Source of the DNA: Candidatus Ratteibacteria bacterium
Lineage (GTDB): Bacteria > CAZDME01 > JAYEMH01
Assembly (NCBI GenBank): GCA_034717985.1
Contig: JAYEMH010000039.1
Coordinates: forward strand, 1,784-65,783
Direction of reading: 5' to 3'
DNA length: 64,000 bases
The notes beneath the pieces are model-generated. The model saw only the letters and a program-made list of their open reading frames with translations. It was not told the origin of the DNA and searched no databases. Both the position numbers and the translations under genes were made by a program. Position 1 is the first letter of the stretch; every line of letters begins with the position of its first letter. Shown piece after piece: positions 17,362 through 27,420 of the stretch.

Positions 17362-20040
17362 TTAAATTAAGGTTTTAAGACTGGTGTCCAATTTATCAAG
17401 TTTTGCTTTAAGCTGTAATTCGGAATTCTTTGTTTTCTCCACCACATCCCGGGGCGCCTTTTGAAGAAAATCCTCATTTAAGAGGCGGATTTCAACCTGC
17501 GAGATACCCTCTTTTGTCCGGTCAATCTCTTTTTTTAACCGTTCTTTTTCTTTTTGAATATCAATCAGGCCTTCAAGCGGCATAAAAATTTCAAACTTAT
17601 TTACTATCGCGGTGGCGCAAAGCTTAGGCTTCTCGATTTTATTTTTAATGCGCAAATCTTTTATTCCGGCTAAGTTTTTTAAAATCTGATTATTTTCCAG
17701 TATTATTCGGCGAGAACTGGAAGCAGTTGTCCGAATTAAAATATCCACTTTTTCGGCCGGGGCAATATTTATTTCTCCCCTGAGATTTCTCACCGCCGTA
17801 ATTATCGTAATTAAAACCGCCATGCTTTTTTCGGCCGCGGGATTAATCAGTTTATGGTTTACCCTGGGCCAGGGGGCAAGCATAATCGTCTCTCCTTGAT
17901 GCGGCAGTTTCTGCCAGATTTCCTCGGTAATAAAAGGAGCAAAAGGATGAAGCAGGCGCAGAGATTTTTCTAAAATCCGGCAGAGTATTTCCTGGGTAAT
18001 CCGGCGATGATTCTTCTCCCCCAAATCTATTTTAGAAATTTCTAAATACCAATCGCAGAATTCATGCCAGAGAAAATTGTAGATAGAGAGAGCCGCCTCA
18101 TTAAAACGATATTTCCGGAGCGAGGTTTCCACCTGGCCGATAATTCTTTCTAAGCGGCTCATTATCCATGCATCGGCCGGATTAAATTCTTCGATTTTAA
18201 GATTTTTAGTGAGCGGCCGGTAATCATTCAGATTTCTTAAGACGAAGCGGGCCAGATTCCAGATTTTATTGGCAAAATTTCTTCCCATCTCAAACTTACT
18301 TTCCGAAAGAAGCACATCCTGCCCTTCACTGGTAAGACTGATAAGACTGAAGCGCACCGCATCGGTGCCAAATCGGTTAATCATATCCAGGGGGTCTATC
18401 CCATTTCCTAAAGATTTGCTCATTTTTCTTCCCAGTTCATCTAAAATAGTTCCGTGGATATAAACGTGCTTGAAAGGGATATTTTTAATAAACTCTAAAC
18501 CCATCATAATCATTCTGGCCACCCAGAAGAAAATTATCCCGCGGTCGGTAACCAGTGCTGAGGTCGGATAGAAATAACCTAAATCCCTGGTTTTCTTTGG
18601 CCAGCCCAGGGTAGAAAACGGCCAGAGAGCAGAAGAAAACCAGGTATCCAGCACATCTTCATCCTGCTCAATCTCTTTGGATTTACAAACCGGACATTTA
18701 TCCGGCTTGATGCGGGAGACAATAATCCCTGTTTTAGTATCCTCCGGTTTATCTCCTATTTTCTTCCGGCAGCGGCGGCAGTAATAAACGGGCAGCTGAT
18801 GTCCCCACCAGATTTGCCGGGAGATACACCAATCCTTTATCTCTTTCATCCATGAAAGATAAAATTTCTCCCAGCGCGGCGGGAAGAAATGAATTTTTTT
18901 CGACTTCACCGCTTTTATGGCCGGCTCAGCTAACTTTTTCATTTTGACAAACCACTGGAGCGATAAATGAGGCTCAACTACGGTATGACAGCGATAGCAT
19001 TTGCCTATGGCATGAAGATAGTCTTCCTCTTTTAATAAAAGCCCTTCTTTAATTAAATCTTCAACTACCTGCTGCCGGCATTTCTCCCGGGTTAAACCCT
19101 GATAAGGAGAACCGGCTTCAGCAGTCATCAAAGCCTGTCTGTCAATAACGACTGGCGCCTCCAGGCGGTGCCTTTGCCCAACCAGGAAATCAGCCGCGTC
19201 ATGAGCCGGGGTTACTTTAACTGCTCCCGTGCCGAATTTCGGATCGACAAAATCATCCGCCAGAACCGGAATTTCCCGATTCTGTAAAGGCAGTATAACA
19301 GTTTTACCAATTAGTTTTTTGAAACGCTTATCACGGGGATTAACGGCTACCGCCGTATCGCCCAGCATTGTCTCCGGACGGGTAGTCGCCACCGCGATAA
19401 ATTCATCCTTGGTTCCTTTTAACGGATATTTGATATAATAAAGCCGCCCTTTTTCCTCAGTATACTCTACTTCAATATCGGAAAGAGCCGTCAAGCACCT
19501 CGGGCACCAGTTAATAATATACCTCCCGCGATAGATGTATCCTTTTTTGTAAAGGCGGATAAAGGCCTCTTTGACCGCTTCGGATAATCCTTCATCCAGG
19601 GTAAATCTTTCTCTTGACCAATCACAGCTTGAGCCTAATTTTTTTAACTGCTTGATAATCGTTCGTCCATATTCATTTCTCCACCGCCAAACCTTATTTA
19701 TAAAAGCCGCCCGGCCAGTTTGATGACGATTCAAACCTTCCCGCTTTAATTGTTTCTCCACCACATTCTGGGTAGCAATGCCGGCATGGTCTGTTCCCGG
19801 CAGCCATAAGGCTTCTTTCCCTGACATTCTCTGCCAGCGGATAAGAATATCCTGGATGGTATTATTCAGGGCATGCCCCATATGAAGTTCGCCGGTTATA
19901 TTCGGCGGCGGGATGACAATGGTATAAGGCTTCTTTTTCTTATCTATCTTCGCCTGAAAGAAACCTTTCTTCTCCCAGAGCTTATACCACTTGTCTTCTA
20001 CATCTTTAGGATTGTATTGCGGCGGTAATTCTTTTGGCAT
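17362..20040 (-). CDS. valS: valine--tRNA ligase
   Basis: HMGH (HIGH) and KMSKS motifs, 892 aa with C-terminal coiled coil. Confidence 0.9.
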   Translation of the reverse strand: MPKELPPQYNPKDVEDKWYKLWEKKGFFQAKIDKKKKPYTIVIPPPNITGELHMGHALNNTIQDILIRWQRMSGKEALWLPGTDHAGIATQNVVEKQLKREGLNRHQTGRAAFINKVWRWRNEYGRTIIKQLKKLGSSCDWSRERFTLDEGLSEAVKEAFIRLYKKGYIYRGRYIINWCPRCLTALSDIEVEYTEEKGRLYYIKYPLKGTKDEFIAVATTRPETMLGDTAVAVNPRDKRFKKLIGKTVILPLQNREIPVLADDFVDPKFGTGAVKVTPAHDAADFLVGQRHRLEAPVVIDRQALMTAEAGSPYQGLTREKCRQQVVEDLIKEGLLLKEEDYLHAIGKCYRCHTVVEPHLSLQWFVKMKKLAEPAIKAVKSKKIHFFPPRWEKFYLSWMKEIKDWCISRQIWWGHQLPVYYCRRCRKKIGDKPEDTKTGIIVSRIKPDKCPVCKSKEIEQDEDVLDTWFSSALWPFSTLGWPKKTRDLGYFYPTSALVTDRGIIFFWVARMIMMGLEFIKNIPFKHVYIHGTILDELGRKMSKSLGNGIDPLDMINRFGTDAVRFSLISLTSEGQDVLLSESKFEMGRNFANKIWNLARFVLRNLNDYRPLTKNLKIEEFNPADAWIMSRLERIIGQVETSLRKYRFNEAALSIYNFLWHEFCDWYLEISKIDLGEKNHRRITQEILCRILEKSLRLLHPFAPFITEEIWQKLPHQGETIMLAPWPRVNHKLINPAAEKSMAVLITIITAVRNLRGEINIAPAEKVDILIRTTASSSRRIILENNQILKNLAGIKDLRIKNKIEKPKLCATAIVNKFEIFMPLEGLIDIQKEKERLKKEIDRTKEGISQVEIRLLNEDFLQKAPRDVVEKTKNSELQLKAKLDKLDTSLKTLI

Positions 20041-20075
20041 TGGTTACTCTTTTCAGAAAACAGATATTTCCGTCA

Positions 20076-20360
20076 TCACACTAATCTAACTTGCAACTGC
20101 TTATCTAATGCATGGGCAAGTTTAATCAGTGTCCTCAAGGAATATCGCTTGTTGTGAATATCCTCTAAACGAGACACTGTCTGCTGCGTTGTGTGTAATT
20201 GTCTGGCTAATTGTTTTTGAGTTAAGTGCTTCCTTTGCCGCAGTTTAGCTATCTGAATGGCCAATGAAGCATAAATCTCCTCTTCATCAAAAACCTTTCT
20301 AAACTCTGAATTTTTTAATTCCTTGTCCAAATAGTCTTTAAATCGAACTGTTTCTTTCAT
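20076..20360 (-). CDS. XRE-family HTH transcriptional regulator
   Basis: HLTQKQLARQLHTTQQTVSRLE HTH_3 motif; small antitoxin-like size. Confidence 0.6.
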   Translation of the reverse strand: MKETVRFKDYLDKELKNSEFRKVFDEEEIYASLAIQIAKLRQRKHLTQKQLARQLHTTQQTVSRLEDIHNKRYSLRTLIKLAHALDKQLQVRLV

Positions 20361-20894
20361 AATTAAGTTATCCTCCTTTATGCCGCTGTAAAAAAATTCT
20401 CATACACTCTTCGGCTCGTTTAATTTCCTCCCGGCGAATTTTCCATACAAACAATCATCATGTCTTACTGAAGCATCCGTTACCGTAAGTCGTATCTTGC
20501 CAACAGTTTTATTCAGCGAATCTTTTGCCCAATTGTTTCTTTTTAGTCTCGTTTTCAAAAAACCTTTTAATCTGAATCCTACTCACATCCTGCTACCTCT
20601 ATCAAATTTGACCACTGAAACACAGATAAATAATCCTTTCGTACAAATTAATGCTATCTGTGGTTATTTTTCCTTTCTTTCTTGCTTGTCCTCCCCGCTT
20701 AAATTTCCGTATTGTCAAAACTTACCACAGAAACACGGAAGAGATTTAATAACTCCCCTGCTATCTTTTTTTTAATTCTAAATTCTTTTTTCCCGTGTTT
20801 CCGCCCTTCCGTGCTTCCGTGGTAACTATCTTTGTGGTTTTCATAAGATTTTTGACACTACCTAAATTTCAGAACGAAATTTGGGGAGGGTTCT

Positions 20895-21075
20895 TTTTTC
20901 TCTGTGTCCTTTTTATTTTTTTGTCTTTCTGTTAGAGGGACGGGCATGCCCGTCCCCTACATATTTTTCAATCCTTTTAAAACCCTGCCTGCCCCGTAAC
21001 TCCGCCAAAGGCGGATGGTATTGGGGTAAATCCTGTCAAAAATTCTTTGTTTTTTTCTTTCAATTCTATTCTAAT
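20895..21075. repeat. ~100-150 bp direct repeat copy 1 (contains palindrome GGGACGGGCATGCCCGTCCC) flanking vapBC
   Basis: Near-identical to 21785-21900; copy 1 carries an extra ~45-bp internal segment. Confidence 0.7.
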
Positions 21076-21120
21076 ATTTAAATAAAACCGTTCCCTTTTT
21101 ACTTACTTATTATTTTTCGA

Positions 21121-21501
21121 TTAATTAGACGCTGGCCCTATTTTCTTATAAGCTATCCTTAATATAGCAGCTGCGTGTTGCAGCTTAGTATCTAAAGTCC
21201 ATAGAGAAACTTCATTTAATAGCGTAGTTGCCAGAAGATGAACATCAATAAGGCCAATGCCCTTACCCATCAAATTCTTGTTTTCAATAAATAATAATAC
21301 TTCTTCATTGTCTATCACCTCAACCATAGGGAGAGAACTAAGCAATGACAAAATTACTCTCCTGTTCTTAATATTACCGCATGCAAGTTCTCCAATAATG
21401 AAAGGATGGCAAACTACATCACCGTCATTCAGGAGTTGCTCGAGTTTAGAATTACTATTGTGTAAATGAGAAACCCATACTGATGTATCAACAAGAATCA
21501 T
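21121..21501 (-). CDS. vapC: PIN-domain ribonuclease toxin
   Basis: MILVDTSVW N-terminus, conserved acidic residues of PIN fold. Confidence 0.8.
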   Translation of the reverse strand: MILVDTSVWVSHLHNSNSKLEQLLNDGDVVCHPFIIGELACGNIKNRRVILSLLSSLPMVEVIDNEEVLLFIENKNLMGKGIGLIDVHLLATTLLNEVSLWTLDTKLQHAAAILRIAYKKIGPASN

Positions 21502-21692
21502 TAATTCACTCTCCTGCGAGGTATAATATGTAAATTCTTTTCGGTCCCCCCTAATTTAGCCAGCCTTTTACTGCTTTCTCGAGCAATTAGCGCTTCCAAA
21601 CCTAATCTGACTAGAGTGGTTTTCTCTTTAATTCCCGTGAGTCTTGATACTTTTTTAATCAAGTCGTCTTTAATATTTAATGTTGTTCTCAT
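21501..21692 (-). CDS. vapB: VapB-type antitoxin
   Basis: MRTTLNIKDDLIKKVSRLTGIKEKTTLVRLGLEALI; start taken at internal Met of the longer tracked ORF; 1-nt overlap with vapC. Confidence 0.55.
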   Translation of the reverse strand: MRTTLNIKDDLIKKVSRLTGIKEKTTLVRLGLEALIARESSKRLAKLGGTEKNLHIIPRRRVN

Positions 21693-21784
21693 ATAGCAAC
21701 TCCTTTCATATATTTCATATGTATTAGTATGCACCAAATATACATATATGTCAAGTTTTTTTGGTATAACGAGTCTGTAGAAAA

Positions 21785-21900
21785 AGCCCATTTTATTTTT
21801 TTGTCTTTCTGTTAGAGGGACGGGCGTGTCCGTCCCCTACATATTTTTTAATCCTTTTTAAATCCTGTAAATCCTGTCAAAAAAATTTTATTTTTTTTAT
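21785..21900. repeat. direct repeat copy 2 (GGGACGGGCGTGTCCGTCCC hairpin) between vapB and trxB
   Basis: Aligns with 20895-21075 over ~100 bp. Confidence 0.7.
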
Positions 21901-21922
21901 TTTCTCTCCGTGTGCTCTGTGG

Positions 21923-22855
21923 TTAATATTTTTTGTTTTTTCCGTTTAAATAATTCCGGGCCGATACGGCGGCCAGGGCACCTTCGCCGCAGGCAACAGT
22001 TATCTGCCGCACCTCTTTTGCGCGCACATCCCCCGCCGCATATATCCCCGGCAGAGAGGTTTCCATTTTCTCGTTGGTGATAATAAACTCGTCTTTATCC
22101 AGTTCAACAAGGCCTTCCAAAAAACCGGCGTTGGGTAAAAATCCAATATAAACAAAAATCCCGGAGGTTTCTATTTTACTTTCTTTATTACTCTCCTTGT
22201 CCCTGACCGTAATCGATTCAACAAAATCTTTGCCGTTTATAGAAACAACAACATGGTTTAAAATAAGTTTGATTTTTTTATTCTTCGTTAATCTTTCCTG
22301 GAAAATTCCATCGGCCCGCAATTCATTCCGCCGATGAACTAAAATTACCTCCCGGGCAAATTCAGTCAAAAATAAGGCCTCCTCGGCCGCCGTATTACCG
22401 CCGCCAAGCACTAAAACCGTTTTATCTTTATAAAGAGGGGCGTCGCAGATTGCGCAATATGAAACACCCCGGCCGATATATTCGTCTTCACCGGGAACAT
22501 TCAATTTCCTGGGAATACTGCCTGAAGCAACTATCAGCGCGTGAGCGGTGTAATCTCCTTTGTTTGAGTTAATCCTGAGCAGTTTTCCCGCCGGCTCAAT
22601 TCTTTTAACCTCCGTAAATTCGCTGATCTCCGCTTCAAATCTTTGAGCCTGCTCTTTAAGCTTCACAGCTAAATCTCTTCCCTGTACTCCTTCGGGAAAC
22701 CCTGGATAGTTCTCTATTATATCGGTATTGGCCAGTAAACCTCCGCACAATCCCTTCTCCACCAACAAGGTCTTTAACCTTTGCCTGGAGGTATAAATAG
22801 CGGCGGTCATTCCACCAGGCCCGCCGCCGATAACAATTACATCACGAATCTTCAT
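21923..22855 (-). CDS. trxB: thioredoxin-disulfide reductase
   Basis: VIVIGGGPGGMTAA FAD site, redox CAICD, GGGNTAAEEA NADPH site. Confidence 0.85.
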   Translation of the reverse strand: MKIRDVIVIGGGPGGMTAAIYTSRQRLKTLLVEKGLCGGLLANTDIIENYPGFPEGVQGRDLAVKLKEQAQRFEAEISEFTEVKRIEPAGKLLRINSNKGDYTAHALIVASGSIPRKLNVPGEDEYIGRGVSYCAICDAPLYKDKTVLVLGGGNTAAEEALFLTEFAREVILVHRRNELRADGIFQERLTKNKKIKLILNHVVVSINGKDFVESITVRDKESNKESKIETSGIFVYIGFLPNAGFLEGLVELDKDEFIITNEKMETSLPGIYAAGDVRAKEVRQITVACGEGALAAVSARNYLNGKNKKY

Positions 22856-23333
22856 TTAATAACACAACGGCAAAAGCCGCCGCTCCTTGTCCTTTTCCCA
22901 AAAATCCTAATTTTTCCTGGGTAGTTGCCTTGATATTAACTGCCTCCCGGAAAATTTCCAGAACTTTTGAAATGTTTGCCTGCATAGTTTCTACATAAGG
23001 TGAAATTTTCGGCTCTTCAATAACTACGCTGGCATCGATGTTGCCTATTTTCAAATTTTTCCCGCGAAGCTCATCTTTAATTTTCTCCAGAATCAGGAGA
23101 CTGGAAATATCTTTATAAAGCGGGCTGGTATCCGGAAACATCCTTCCGATATCGCCCAGGCCGGCGGCGCCTAAAAGCGCATCACCGATAGCATGGGCTA
23201 AAACATCGGCGTCGGAATGGCCATTTAAGCCGCGTGCAAAAGGAATCTCCACCCCGCCTAAAACCAGTTTCCGCCCGGAAACCAAAGGATGTACATCATA
23301 ACCAAAACCGATTTTCATCACATCATTCACCAT
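22842..23333 (-). CDS. ispF: 2-C-methyl-D-erythritol 2,4-cyclodiphosphate synthase
   Basis: GYDVHPL and GHSDADVLAHAIGDALLGAAGLGDIG signature. Confidence 0.9.
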   Translation of the reverse strand: MVNDVMKIGFGYDVHPLVSGRKLVLGGVEIPFARGLNGHSDADVLAHAIGDALLGAAGLGDIGRMFPDTSPLYKDISSLLILEKIKDELRGKNLKIGNIDASVVIEEPKISPYVETMQANISKVLEIFREAVNIKATTQEKLGFLGKGQGAAAFAVVLLNEDS

Positions 23334-23365
23334 TAACTATCTACCCCGTTAGAGAACAAAGTTCT

Positions 23366-24049
23366 CTAACGGGGTTCACTTTTTTTTAGTATGGCTTCGG
23401 CAAATACCAAATCCGCCGGCGTAGTAATCTTGATATTTTCTTTTTCCCCGGGAATAACTTTCACCGGATGCCCTATATGCTCCACCAATTCCGCATCATC
23501 AGTGCCATAGTAATTAGCTGCTTCGGCCTTTTCATAAGCAGAAAAAATGAGCCTGCGCTTGAACCCCTGCGGGGTTTGGACTGCCCAGAGAGAGTTGCGC
23601 TGGAGTGTCTTTACCACTTCTTGTTTTTCTACCTCCTTTATGGTATCCTCGCAGGGAATAGCCGGAACTACCGCCCCGGAGATCCGGGTTTCTTTTATCA
23701 CCCGATTAATCAATCTTCGGCTGACAAGCGGCCTTGCTCCGTCATGGAGGAGAACAATATTTGATTTCGGAGAAATTTCTTTTAAGCCGCAGGCGGCCGA
23801 GTCCTGTCTCCTTTTTCCCCCGAATACCACTTTATCTACCTTGAGCGAAAAATCGGAAAGAACCTTTTTTATCCGTCCGTCATCCCCGGCATTGATAACT
23901 AAAATTATCTCATCAACCGGGGATTCTCCGGTAAACCCCGAAAGAGCGTGAACAATTACCGGTTTATCCCCCAGAAATAAATAAGGTTTGGGAATCGGGT
24001 TTTTGAATCTCTCGCTCTTACCGGCCGCAACAACAATTACACTAACCAA
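23366..24049 (-). CDS. ispD: 2-C-methyl-D-erythritol 4-phosphate cytidylyltransferase
   Basis: VIVVAAGKSERF N-terminal motif and family-wide similarity. Confidence 0.85.
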   Translation of the reverse strand: MVSVIVVAAGKSERFKNPIPKPYLFLGDKPVIVHALSGFTGESPVDEIILVINAGDDGRIKKVLSDFSLKVDKVVFGGKRRQDSAACGLKEISPKSNIVLLHDGARPLVSRRLINRVIKETRISGAVVPAIPCEDTIKEVEKQEVVKTLQRNSLWAVQTPQGFKRRLIFSAYEKAEAANYYGTDDAELVEHIGHPVKVIPGEKENIKITTPADLVFAEAILKKSEPR

Positions 24050-24063
24050 AGTAAAATTCCCTT

Positions 24064-25071
24064 TTAGGGCTTGCGCCGCCCGGTGTGGAATCGGCCGAAA
24101 ATCATCCTTCCGGCTGAGGTCTGAAGAATACTGGTAACCACCACTTCCACCGTTTGTCCCAACCGGCTTTTTCCTTCTTCAACGACAATCATCGTTCCAT
24201 CGTCCAGATAAGCCACTCCCTGGTTGAATTCTTTGCCTTCCTTAACTATTTTGACTTCCATTCTTTCACCCGGCAGGACTACCGGTTTTACAGCATTGGC
24301 CAGTTCATTGATATTCAGAATTTTAATGTTTTCCAGGGCGGCCACCTTATTAAGGTTATAATCGTTGGTAAAAATTTGCGCATTGAGAGTCTTTGCAAGC
24401 CGCAAAAGTTTTGCGTCTACCGTATTCAGCTCAGGAAAATCCACATCCTGAATTATTACTTTGACAAATTTGCTTTTCTGCAATTTTCGCAGGATATCCA
24501 AGCCTTTTCGGCCGCGATTCCTTCTCAGGCTGTCAGAAGAATCGGCAATCGCCTGCGTTTCCTGCACTACAAAACGCGGCACCACCAGAACTCCTCCCAC
24601 AAAACCGGCGTCACACACCTCAGCAATGCGGCCGTCAATTATAACGCTGGTATCCAATATTTTAAAGCGGTTCTCCTCTGTTTCCCCGGCCCATTTGAGA
24701 AAAGGGGCCGAGAAACTTATCTCATCTTTCTTTCTAATGATAATCATAACCCCTAAGTAGCACAAAAGAACTGCCAATATCGGCCGGATGATAACACCCA
24801 AAAGACTGCTGCCGTAGAGAAAAGGAAAGGTATGGATTATCAAACTGGTTATTACCAAACCTAAAATTATCCCTAAAATTCCGGCAATCAGCCCTTTGGT
24901 TTTGGTCCTGGCAATACCTATTTCTGCGGCAATGATGAAAACACCGATAAAGAAACCGCTTACTGCCCCTGTCAGGGGAGGACAAACATCCAATTGTGCC
25001 TGCAGCGCTAAGCCATAACCGGACAAAACACAGATTAAAATTAAAATAAATCGAATAATAACATAACCCAA
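24064..25071 (-). CDS. membrane-anchored PIN + TRAM domain protein (YacL-like)
   Basis: N-terminal TM helices, PIN core ILDTSVIIDGRI, C-terminal TRAM-like region; conserved yacL-ispD-ispF neighbourhood. Confidence 0.7.
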   Translation of the reverse strand: MGYVIIRFILILICVLSGYGLALQAQLDVCPPLTGAVSGFFIGVFIIAAEIGIARTKTKGLIAGILGIILGLVITSLIIHTFPFLYGSSLLGVIIRPILAVLLCYLGVMIIIRKKDEISFSAPFLKWAGETEENRFKILDTSVIIDGRIAEVCDAGFVGGVLVVPRFVVQETQAIADSSDSLRRNRGRKGLDILRKLQKSKFVKVIIQDVDFPELNTVDAKLLRLAKTLNAQIFTNDYNLNKVAALENIKILNINELANAVKPVVLPGERMEVKIVKEGKEFNQGVAYLDDGTMIVVEEGKSRLGQTVEVVVTSILQTSAGRMIFGRFHTGRRKP

Positions 25072-25175
25072 TTCAAATTCACCTCCTTTTTAGTCGTTAG
25101 TCAGTAGTCGTTAGTATTTAGTTGTTTTTGCTTTCGCTAAATACTATTCACTAACAACTATTCACTATTCACGAG

Positions 25176-26534
25176 TTATTTAAAAACTATTTCGATTGCT
25201 TCATTTACCGTGGACACCGGCAAAAATTCTATTCCCGGTTTTGATAATTCAGGTGAAAAATTCGCTTTGGGAAGAATAATTTTTTTAAAACCTAAACGGA
25301 GCGCTTCTTTAACCCTCGCCCGGGCTTGAGATACTCCCCTTACTTCTCCGGTCAGCCCCACTTCGCCAAAAACCGCCAAAGCGCTTGATATGGGAACGTT
25401 CTTAAAACCAGAGGCTAAAGCTAAAATAACACCTAAATCAACCGCCGGTTCTTCCACTTTAACCCCGCCGGCAATATTAACAAAAACATCCTCGGAATGA
25501 ATATGGAAACCGGCCTTTTTTTCTAAAACCGCAATCAGCAAAAGCAGACGTTGATAATCAAATCCCTCGGCCGTCCGGCGGGGAAAACCAAAACTCGTTG
25601 GCGCAACCAGAGTCTGAAGTTCTATCAAGAGCGGGCGGCTTCCTTCCAGGCAAATAACCACAATCGAGCCAACTTTGTTTCCGGAATGCTCCTCTAAAAA
25701 AAGCTGGGAGGGATTCGGCACCTCCTGAAGACCGCCCGGAGTCATTTCAAAAACTCCAATTTCATTGGTGGCCCCAAAACGATTCTTAACGGTCCGCAAA
25801 ATCCGGTAACTGTGGTGTTTTCCTCCTTCAAAATAAAGAACCGTATCAACGATATGTTCCAGCACCTTGGGCCCAGCCAGACTTCCCTCCTTGGTAACAT
25901 GTCCGACAATACAAATGGGAATATTCAGCCTCTTGGCTAAACACATCAATTCAGTAGTAACCTCCTTTACCTGGCTGATACTTCCGGGGGAAGCAGAAAG
26001 CAGGGGGGTATAAGCTATCTGAATAGAATCAACGACAACCAAACTGGGAGACAGTTTCTCAATCTGAGATTTAATCTGTTCAAAATTATTTTCGGCTAAA
26101 AGGAACAGTTCCGAAGAATCAGTAATATTAAGGCGTTTCGCCCGCATCTTGAGCTGTTTCAAAGATTCTTCTCCGGATATATAAAGAACCTTCCCAAATT
26201 TTGTAGAAAAATTCGAACAAATCTGCAGCAAAAGCGTAGACTTCCCGATTCCGGGCTCTCCGCCGATAAGAATCAGGGAGCCGGGAACCACCCCGCCGCC
26301 CAAAATACGGTTGAATTCCTTGATCCCGGAGGTTTTTCTCTCCTCAATTTCGCTTTCGATATCCCTGATTCTCTGCGGTTTGACACCGGTTCTCTCCGGA
26401 GTTTTTTGCAAACGGACCATCTCTTCAAGCAGGGTGTTCCACTGGTTACAACCGGGACAGCGCCCTAACCAGCGAAGACTCTGGTATCCGCAATTCTGAC
26501 AGATAAACTTCACCTTCGTTTTATTTTCCAACAT
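25176..26534 (-). CDS. radA: DNA repair protein RadA/Sms
   Basis: N-terminal zinc finger CQNCGY..CPGC, Walker A GGEPGIGKSTLLLQ, C-terminal Lon-like domain. Confidence 0.9.
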   Translation of the reverse strand: MLENKTKVKFICQNCGYQSLRWLGRCPGCNQWNTLLEEMVRLQKTPERTGVKPQRIRDIESEIEERKTSGIKEFNRILGGGVVPGSLILIGGEPGIGKSTLLLQICSNFSTKFGKVLYISGEESLKQLKMRAKRLNITDSSELFLLAENNFEQIKSQIEKLSPSLVVVDSIQIAYTPLLSASPGSISQVKEVTTELMCLAKRLNIPICIVGHVTKEGSLAGPKVLEHIVDTVLYFEGGKHHSYRILRTVKNRFGATNEIGVFEMTPGGLQEVPNPSQLFLEEHSGNKVGSIVVICLEGSRPLLIELQTLVAPTSFGFPRRTAEGFDYQRLLLLIAVLEKKAGFHIHSEDVFVNIAGGVKVEEPAVDLGVILALASGFKNVPISSALAVFGEVGLTGEVRGVSQARARVKEALRLGFKKIILPKANFSPELSKPGIEFLPVSTVNEAIEIVFK

Positions 26535-26551
26535 TTATCTTCCTTCCACCG

Positions 26552-27406
26552 TCATTTTGCCGGCTTCTTGCGCGTCTTTTTTGGCTTCCGGAAAAGTTTC
26601 CAGGGATTCTCTTCGATATCTTTGATAAAAGCGTGAAGTTCATCGTAAAGTTCTTCCGAAGTGACCAGCTTCCCAATGGTTCCTTCTCCTCCTTCTATCT
26701 TCCCCAGGATATTTCTAAGTGAAGTAAGAGACTGGGAAAATTTTCCCATCTCTGAACGGAGGGAAGTGGATACCTCCTTGAAATTGGCTACGGTAACTTT
26801 CATTCCTTCGCGATTCTCCTCTGCCATATCATTAAGCCGGCCAAGCAGTAGATTTAATTTTTCGCTTGATTTATGCGCATTCTCTAAAATTTCCTTGATA
26901 CTCTCCTTGGCGTTGGTCTCTACTACGATGCTATTTAGACAGCTGGCTATCCCGTCCAGCTTTTCCATCATTTCCTCGCCCATTTTTAATGCCTTTTCAA
27001 ATCGAACCGGATCTTTTCCGACGATAACTTCTCCGGCTTTCAGGAGAGGTGCCTCGGCGGTGCCGGGAGTAATCTCAATATATTTTTCGCCCAACAGCCC
27101 CATAGTATTAATAAAAACCTCTGCATCTTGATAAATTTGCACTTCTTCTTTCACCCAAACTTTTAATTGGACCTTGGTTGTTTTCTTATTCACGAGGATT
27201 ATTTTATCTACCCGTCCGACTTCCACCCCGGCCACTCTTACCGGAGCACCTTTATCCAGCCCCCCGGTATAATTGAACACGACTTTAAAATGGTACCCTT
27301 TTTCGAATAAACGGAAGTCCCGGACAAAAAGAATCATTGCTGCTAAGATCGTCAGCCCTATCAGGACAAAAATTCCAACTTTAAATTCGGGATTCGATTT
27401 AACCAT
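26552..27406 (-). CDS. mlaD: MCE-domain protein (MlaD-like)
   Basis: N-terminal TM followed by MCE domain; adjacent to mlaF/mlaE. Confidence 0.7.
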   Translation of the reverse strand: MVKSNPEFKVGIFVLIGLTILAAMILFVRDFRLFEKGYHFKVVFNYTGGLDKGAPVRVAGVEVGRVDKIILVNKKTTKVQLKVWVKEEVQIYQDAEVFINTMGLLGEKYIEITPGTAEAPLLKAGEVIVGKDPVRFEKALKMGEEMMEKLDGIASCLNSIVVETNAKESIKEILENAHKSSEKLNLLLGRLNDMAEENREGMKVTVANFKEVSTSLRSEMGKFSQSLTSLRNILGKIEGGEGTIGKLVTSEELYDELHAFIKDIEENPWKLFRKPKKTRKKPAK

Positions 27407-27420
27407 AAGTTTCCCTCCAT

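Noticed and set aside
20376-20640. A possible HigB/RelE-like toxin upstream of the XRE regulator
   Set aside because: The only open frame lacks an ATG/GTG start, is ~52 codons from a TTG, and shows no convincing RelE/HigB motifs. It was not called.
20400-21120. A ~700-bp non-coding stretch examined for a structured ncRNA (6S, tmRNA, RNase P, SRP) or a T-box leader near valS
   Set aside because: No recognisable conserved boxes were seen (T-box AGGGUGGNACCGCG, tmRNA tag reading frame and RNase P P4 were all absent). The content is better explained by the vapBC-flanking repeat and short CACAGAAACACGGAAG-type hairpin repeats.
21501-21791. The full 96-aa tracked ORF taken as VapB
   Set aside because: Its N-terminal 33 residues are encoded by AT-rich promoter-like DNA (tatatgtattagtatgcaccaaatatacatatatg). 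The antitoxin domain begins at the internal Met (MRTTLNIK), so the shorter coordinates were used.
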